A DNA stretch of 21,163 bases. It comes from Ignisphaera sp. Its GTDB lineage: Archaea; Thermoproteota; Thermoprotei_A; Sulfolobales; Ignisphaeraceae. The stretch spans positions 1 to 21,163 of the forward strand of contig JAWAHS010000013.1 of assembly GCA_038889075.1 (NCBI GenBank), given 5' to 3'. Below the pieces are notes generated by a model. It did not search any database, had not been told where the DNA came from, and saw only the letters and a program-made list of their open reading frames with translations. Positions 16,800 through 21,163 of this stretch are shown one piece after another; position 1 is the stretch's first letter, and each line of letters opens with the position of its first letter. Made by a program: the position numbers and the translations under genes.

Positions 16800-16976
16800 G
16801 CTGTTCAACTTAGATTTTCTGTTTAAGAGTCTCCACATAGTGGTTCTACTTACCTTAAGAACCTCCTACACCCTATCCTTACCATGTTTATCCACGGCGT
16901 ACTGGAGGATCTTAGCTCTATCCTCTTGGCTTAAAGCTTTTAGGTTCAGAGTATTGTACTAGGTTTTCACAGCCAT
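16800..16976 (-). pseudogene. N-terminal HTH region of a crenarchaeal integrase, with two in-frame stops
   Basis: MAVKT*YNTLNLKALSQEDRAKILQYAVDKHGKDRV*EVLKVSRTTMWRLLNRKSK (TAG at 16961-16959 and 16868-16866). Contains the HTH pattern LxVSRxTxWR and starts about 125 bp downstream of the tRNA. Assignment to the integrase rests on recalled family resemblance. Confidence 0.7.
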
Positions 16977-17103
16977 ATCCGTTGTCTCCTAGATAGATAG
17001 TATTATCGTGTAGCAATATTAGTTAATCGTTTCATGGTGTATGTGCGGGTCTGAAACAATGGTTCTGTATCTGTGTGAAAGAGTTGACTGCAATTCTATT
17101 GTT

Positions 17104-17182
17104 TGGTGCGGCGGCCGGGATTCGAACCCGGGATCTCCGGCTTGGGAGGCCGGCGTCCTAGACCAGGCTAGACGACCGCCGC
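17104..17182 (-). tRNA. tRNA-Gly, anticodon CCC, intronless, CCA encoded
   Basis: Reverse complement GCGGCGG TC GTCTAGCCTGGTCTAGGAC G CCGGC CTCCCAA GCCGG AGATC CCGGG TTCGAAT CCCGG CCGCCGC ACCA forms a full cloverleaf of 79 nt. Confidence 0.98.
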
Positions 17183-17200
17183 GCTATAGTTTCTGTTGAG

Positions 17201-17219
17201 GATAAAATTTTTATATTTT
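17201..17219. promoter_or_regulatory. AT-rich divergent promoter between tRNA-Gly and the GH36 gene
   Basis: GATAAAATTTTTATATTTT gives TATAAAAA on the minus strand about 26 bp before the tRNA, and TTTATAT on the plus strand about 30 bp before TTG 17247/17250. Confidence 0.5.
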
Positions 17220-17249
17220 GCTGGCTCTACTGAGTTTTGGTGGTATTTG

Positions 17250-19355
17250 TTGGAGGGGGTTATATCTGTTGATGGTGTTGGTTTGAGGGTTGTTGGTGTT
17301 GAGCTGATTTTTATTGATGGGTCTAGGGAGAGCTGTGTGTTTGCTGGCGCTGAGGCTGGTAGATATGTGTATAGGTGTGCTAGTGCTACTCTTAGTATCT
17401 ATGTCGATGGTGGTTTGGTAGGTATCGATGTGGATTCTGTTAAGCTGTTGAATTCTATGTTCTTTGCTGAGCTTGTACTTGATTTAGGTGTTGTCGGCAG
17501 GGTGCTGGCTCTAACCCTACATCCAGAGGCTGGCTCTATCTACTCTCCAGCCTTTAGATACTACAATCCTTTAGCTGTTGATAGAGAGCCTACGGCACCT
17601 AAACCGGATGACAATCCCATTTACCCTCCGAGGTTCGAGGCTATAGATCATGGAACCTTTGTTAGCCGATTCCCGTGCTGGACGTATCCCGTGGTTACAT
17701 CTGTGGAATCTATACCGAGCTACACCATATTTACACTAGCTAGAGCTGGTGATAGCTATATCGCTATACTGGCTCTAAGCAACGGTGATGCTACAGCGTA
17801 TATAGGGTCTGGCTCTAGAGTTAGGCTATTCATTGGAAGAGAGAGATATACTGTTGGTAGATCTTGGATACTATCTATTGGAGTATCCAGCGATCCGTAT
17901 AGAGCTGTTGAGAAGTGTACAGAGGGTGCTGCAAGAATAGGGATACTTAAGCTGAGAATTGATAAGAAGCTGCCAAAGTTTGTCAACAGATTTGGCTGGT
18001 GTTCCTGGAACGCTCTACTTACAGAGGATCTATCACACGAAAGTGTTGTTAGAATTGTAAAGGGTCTGCTGGATAGGGGTGTACCGATAAGGTGGATCAT
18101 CATTGACGATGGGTGGCAGAATGAGGTTAGGAAAGGTGTGGAGTGGTTTATAAGGGTACTGCGAGATTTATCGGCAAATGAAAGGTTTCCAAAGGGGTTG
18201 AACGGTCTTGTAGATGAGGTTAGAAATCTGGGGATAGACCATGTCGGTCTGTGGCATACGATAAACATCCACTGGGGAGGTTTTGAAGAAGCTGTATCTA
18301 GAAGGCTCGGTGTTGAAGGCTATAGATTCCCGAGAGCAGATAGCTATGTACCTCCACCACAGATCGAAAAGGCTATAGAATTCTATAGCAGATTCTATAG
18401 ATGGGTTAGAGACAACGGCTTCAGCATTGTAAAGGTCGATAACCAGTGGTCTATACACGCACTATACTGGGGTGGGTATACAGTTGGCGAAGCGTCTAGA
18501 AATATACAGATTGCACTTCAGGTAGGTGCCTCTATAAACGGTCTAGAGATTCTAAACTGTATGTCTATGGCTCCAGAGGACTACAGTAACTACTTCCTAA
18601 GCAACGCCATGAGGGTTTCCATGGACTACATACCGTTTTGGAAGGGAGATGCAAAGCTGCATACACTATTTAGCATATACAACTCCCTTCTATTTAGCCA
18701 CATAGCCTATCCAGACTACGATATGTGGATATCCTACGATCCATATGCAAAGATACACGCAGTTGCAAGGGTATTCAGTGGAGGACCGATATATATAACG
18801 GATAGACATCCGGAGAAAACCGATGTTGAGCTGATCAGGAAGCTCGTACTAGATAACGGAGAGACTGTAGCGGTTAGTGAACCAGGTCTACCAACAAGAG
18901 ATACACTGTTTAGAGATCCGTATAACGAACCTGTGCTACTAAAGGTTGCATCCAGGGTAGGGGATACATATGCACTAGCACTATTCAATGTAAATAGGGA
19001 GGGTATTGAGATATCCGAGGATGTAACCCTCGATATACTTCCCTATAAACTCGAAGGCGAGAGATATGCGTACTATATGGTATTCAGCGGTAGAAAGGGT
19101 GTTATAGGTAGAGAGGATAGAGTTGCAGTTAGCCTAAGGGAGCTGGAGACGGAGATAGTGGTGATAGCCCCTGTAGAGGAGGGCAAAGCTGTTATAGGGT
19201 TAAAGGAATACATACTACCACCATATCCAATTGAGATAGGTAGATACGGTAGCAAGGTATACGTTAAATCCAAGGCCTCCGGAACACTTGTATATCTACT
19301 AGATGGCGAATTTAAAGAGATGGCGGTTGAAAAAGATCAGATTGCAATACTATAG
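17250..19355 (+). CDS. GH36 Sip1/raffinose-synthase-like alpha-galactosidase
   Basis: FGWCSWNA, IIIDDGWQ, GLWHTINIHWGG, VKVDNQ (nucleophile Asp), NCMS, MRVSMDY (acid/base Asp), PDYDMW and SGGPIYITD. The start is probably TTG 17247/17250, as the track start at 17196 overlaps the promoter. Confidence 0.92.
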   Translation: MEGVISVDGVGLRVVGVELIFIDGSRESCVFAGAEAGRYVYRCASATLSIYVDGGLVGIDVDSVKLLNSMFFAELVLDLGVVGRVLALTLHPEAGSIYSPAFRYYNPLAVDREPTAPKPDDNPIYPPRFEAIDHGTFVSRFPCWTYPVVTSVESIPSYTIFTLARAGDSYIAILALSNGDATAYIGSGSRVRLFIGRERYTVGRSWILSIGVSSDPYRAVEKCTEGAARIGILKLRIDKKLPKFVNRFGWCSWNALLTEDLSHESVVRIVKGLLDRGVPIRWIIIDDGWQNEVRKGVEWFIRVLRDLSANERFPKGLNGLVDEVRNLGIDHVGLWHTINIHWGGFEEAVSRRLGVEGYRFPRADSYVPPPQIEKAIEFYSRFYRWVRDNGFSIVKVDNQWSIHALYWGGYTVGEASRNIQIALQVGASINGLEILNCMSMAPEDYSNYFLSNAMRVSMDYIPFWKGDAKLHTLFSIYNSLLFSHIAYPDYDMWISYDPYAKIHAVARVFSGGPIYITDRHPEKTDVELIRKLVLDNGETVAVSEPGLPTRDTLFRDPYNEPVLLKVASRVGDTYALALFNVNREGIEISEDVTLDILPYKLEGERYAYYMVFSGRKGVIGREDRVAVSLRELETEIVVIAPVEEGKAVIGLKEYILPPYPIEIGRYGSKVYVKSKASGTLVYLLDGEFKEMAVEKDQIAIL

Positions 19356-19362
19356 CTTTATC

Positions 19363-19389
19363 TCCAGATACCCAATCCATGTATCTGGA
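19363..19389. repeat. Intergenic inverted repeat (9-bp arms, 9-nt spacer)
   Basis: TCCAGATAC-ccaatccat-GTATCTGGA, extendable by AGCTT (19354-19358) and AAGCT (19393-19397). Confidence 0.7.
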
Positions 19390-19412
19390 TGGAAGCTTCA
19401 AGGTGGTAGAGA

Positions 19413-20867
19413 ATGGGCTTAAAGTTTCCTAGAGGATTTGTATTTGGTTTCTCTGAAGCTGGATTCCAGTTTGAAATGGGTTTACCTGGATCAGAGGATC
19501 CAAATACAGATTGGTGGATCTGGGTACACGATCCAGAGAATATAGCAACCGGTATTGTGAGTGGCGATCTTCCTGAAAATGGTCCTGGGTACTGGAATCT
19601 GTATAAGCAGGATCACGATCTGGCTGATAGGCTTGGAATGGATGGTGCTAGGATTGGTATTGAATGGAGTAGGGTGTTTCCAAAACCGACACTCGATGTA
19701 AAGATATCGACGGAGATTGATAGAGATGGAAATGTAGTTTATGTAGATGTGGATGAGAGAGCTCTTGAGGAGCTGGATAGATTAGCAAATAGAGAGGCTG
19801 TTAATCACTATAGAGAGATGCTCAGAGATTGGAAGGATAGGGGCAAGATTCTTATAGTAAACCTCTACCACTGGCCGCTACCGATATGGATTCACGACCC
19901 TATAAAGGTTAGGAGGTTTGGTCCTGATAGAGCACCATCGGGATGGCTTGATAGTAGAACAGTTGTAGAATTTGCAAAGTATGCAGCATATATAGCGTGG
20001 AAGCTTGGGGATCTCCCAGATATGTGGAGCACTATGAATGAACCGAATGTGGTCTATAGCCTTGGCTACATGAATGCTAGAGCAGGGTTTCCACCAGGCT
20101 ATCTATGCTTTGAAGCGGGTCTAAAGGCTGCTAGGCATCTAATAGAAGCTCATGCAAGAGCCTACGACATGCTGAAGAGATATGCAGATAAACCTACTGG
20201 AATAATATATGCAACCACGGTTGTTGAGCCGCTTACCCATGAGCATAGAGATGCTGCTGAGGTAGCCTATAGAATGCAGAATTTCGAATTCCTGGACTCG
20301 ATAGTATTTGGAAGATCTAGCTTCATCGGTGAGAGGAAGGATCTCGAGAGGCACCTCGACTACATAGGTGTCAACTACTATACGAGACAGGTTGTAGTCT
20401 CCTCTAAAACCCTACTAGGTTGGAGTACGGTACCGGGCTATGGATTTGCATGTCAACCAGGTGGTGTATCTGCCACTGGAAGACCGTGTAGCGAATCTGG
20501 ATGGGAGATATATCCAGAGGGTATGCTAACTGCTCTTGAGAAATTCTGGAAGAGATATGGATTACCTCTAATGGTAACTGAAAACGGTATTGCAGATGCT
20601 ATGGATAGATACAGATCGAGATACATAGTATCGCATCTAGCATACATCCACAGAGCCATTGAGGGTGGTGTTGATGTGAAAGGCTATCTTCACTGGGCAC
20701 TTATAGATAACTATGAGTGGGCACGGGGCTTTGGAATGAGGTTTGGTCTACACTATGTAGATCTAAATACTAAAAAGAGGTATCCTAGACCAAGTGCACT
20801 AGTATTTAAAGAGATTGCAAGGAATAAGGAGGTTGTTGATGAACTGCTGCATCTAGTAGAGATATAG
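19413..20867 (+). CDS. bgaS: GH1 beta-glycosidase/beta-galactosidase (archaeal LacS/CelB type)
   Basis: FGFSEAGFQFEMG, SGDLPENGPGYW, IEWSRVFP, NLYHWPLP, TMNEP (acid/base), GVNYY, VTENG (nucleophile) and DNYEWARGF. Confidence 0.95.
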   Translation: MGLKFPRGFVFGFSEAGFQFEMGLPGSEDPNTDWWIWVHDPENIATGIVSGDLPENGPGYWNLYKQDHDLADRLGMDGARIGIEWSRVFPKPTLDVKISTEIDRDGNVVYVDVDERALEELDRLANREAVNHYREMLRDWKDRGKILIVNLYHWPLPIWIHDPIKVRRFGPDRAPSGWLDSRTVVEFAKYAAYIAWKLGDLPDMWSTMNEPNVVYSLGYMNARAGFPPGYLCFEAGLKAARHLIEAHARAYDMLKRYADKPTGIIYATTVVEPLTHEHRDAAEVAYRMQNFEFLDSIVFGRSSFIGERKDLERHLDYIGVNYYTRQVVVSSKTLLGWSTVPGYGFACQPGGVSATGRPCSESGWEIYPEGMLTALEKFWKRYGLPLMVTENGIADAMDRYRSRYIVSHLAYIHRAIEGGVDVKGYLHWALIDNYEWARGFGMRFGLHYVDLNTKKRYPRPSALVFKEIARNKEVVDELLHLVEI

Positions 20868-20900
20868 GTGTATTTACTGATAGCTGGATTGTGTTGGACA

Positions 20901-21163
20901 CTAGATTATAGGCAGTTTTATAAGCTCTGGATAGTACTCCCTCAAAACTCTATACATGCTTGCTCTCGATATAAATGATCTCAGTGCCGATAGTGAAACA
21001 CCATAGTATCTCTCAGGCTCTTCACTAAATATTTTGTACACCCTTATCAGAGTCTCCTTCAGCTCCGCATACTCCCTCTCATTTATCTCACTAGCCCTCT
21101 GACTATATATCTCTATAGGCTCCCTGATATCCTCTCCAAAGAGCCATCCATTAATGCCATCCA
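20901..21163 (-). CDS. glgP: 3' end of an alpha-glucan (glycogen/maltodextrin) phosphorylase, partial; not in the ORF track
   Basis: The minus frame is open from the window edge: DGINGWLFGEDIREPIEI...EREYAELKETLIRVYKIF...SMYRVLREYYPELIKLPII*. It matches the DG-NGW-FG ... R-hydrophobic-x-x-EY phosphorylase C-terminus. Confidence 0.72.
   Translation of the reverse strand, partial: DGINGWLFGEDIREPIEIYSQRASEINEREYAELKETLIRVYKIFSEEPERYYGVSLSALRSFISRASMYRVLREYYPELIKLPII

Larger units (their letters stand above)
14996..17150. mobile_element. Decayed integrative element (~2.1 kb) inserted at tRNA-Gly(CCC)
   Basis: Flanked by tRNA-derived direct repeats. Contains tyrosine-integrase remnants, fragments of other genes and an intact two-gene cargo. 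Confidence 0.88.

Noticed and set aside
1-21163. CRISPR array, IS element or rRNA
   Set aside because: No regularly spaced repeats, transposase motifs, terminal inverted repeats or rRNA-like sequence were seen.

Overview
Archaeal chromosomal window, most likely a hyperthermophilic crenarchaeon of the Desulfurococcales type (inferred from GGTGA/GGAGG ribosome-binding sites, TATA-box promoters, heavy ATA/AGG/AGA codon use and a GC-rich tRNA). In order: a GltD-like NADPH flavoprotein (5'-truncated by the window) and a four-cluster ferredoxin; two predicted surface proteins; a double-domain KaiC/RecA ATPase; a frameshifted surface-protein remnant; a three-gene operon (APC permease, non-canonical glutamine synthetase-like ligase, FluG/NodGS-type amidohydrolase); an AIR-synthase-related protein; an OsmC-like pseudogene; a hypothetical gene; a decayed ~2.1 kb element integrated at tRNA-Gly(CCC); and a sugar cluster (GH36 alpha-galactosidase, GH1 beta-glycosidase, 3' end of a glucan phosphorylase). 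Two candidates stand out. (1) The integrated element: it is bounded by a ~47-bp tRNA 3'-half direct repeat, and N- and C-terminal tyrosine-integrase remnants flank an intact HdrA-N-like/ferredoxin gene pair in an order that SSV-type integrase splitting does not explain. (2) The 'split FluG' permease/gamma-glutamyl-ligase/amidohydrolase operon. All family assignments come from reading motifs by eye; no database searches were run.
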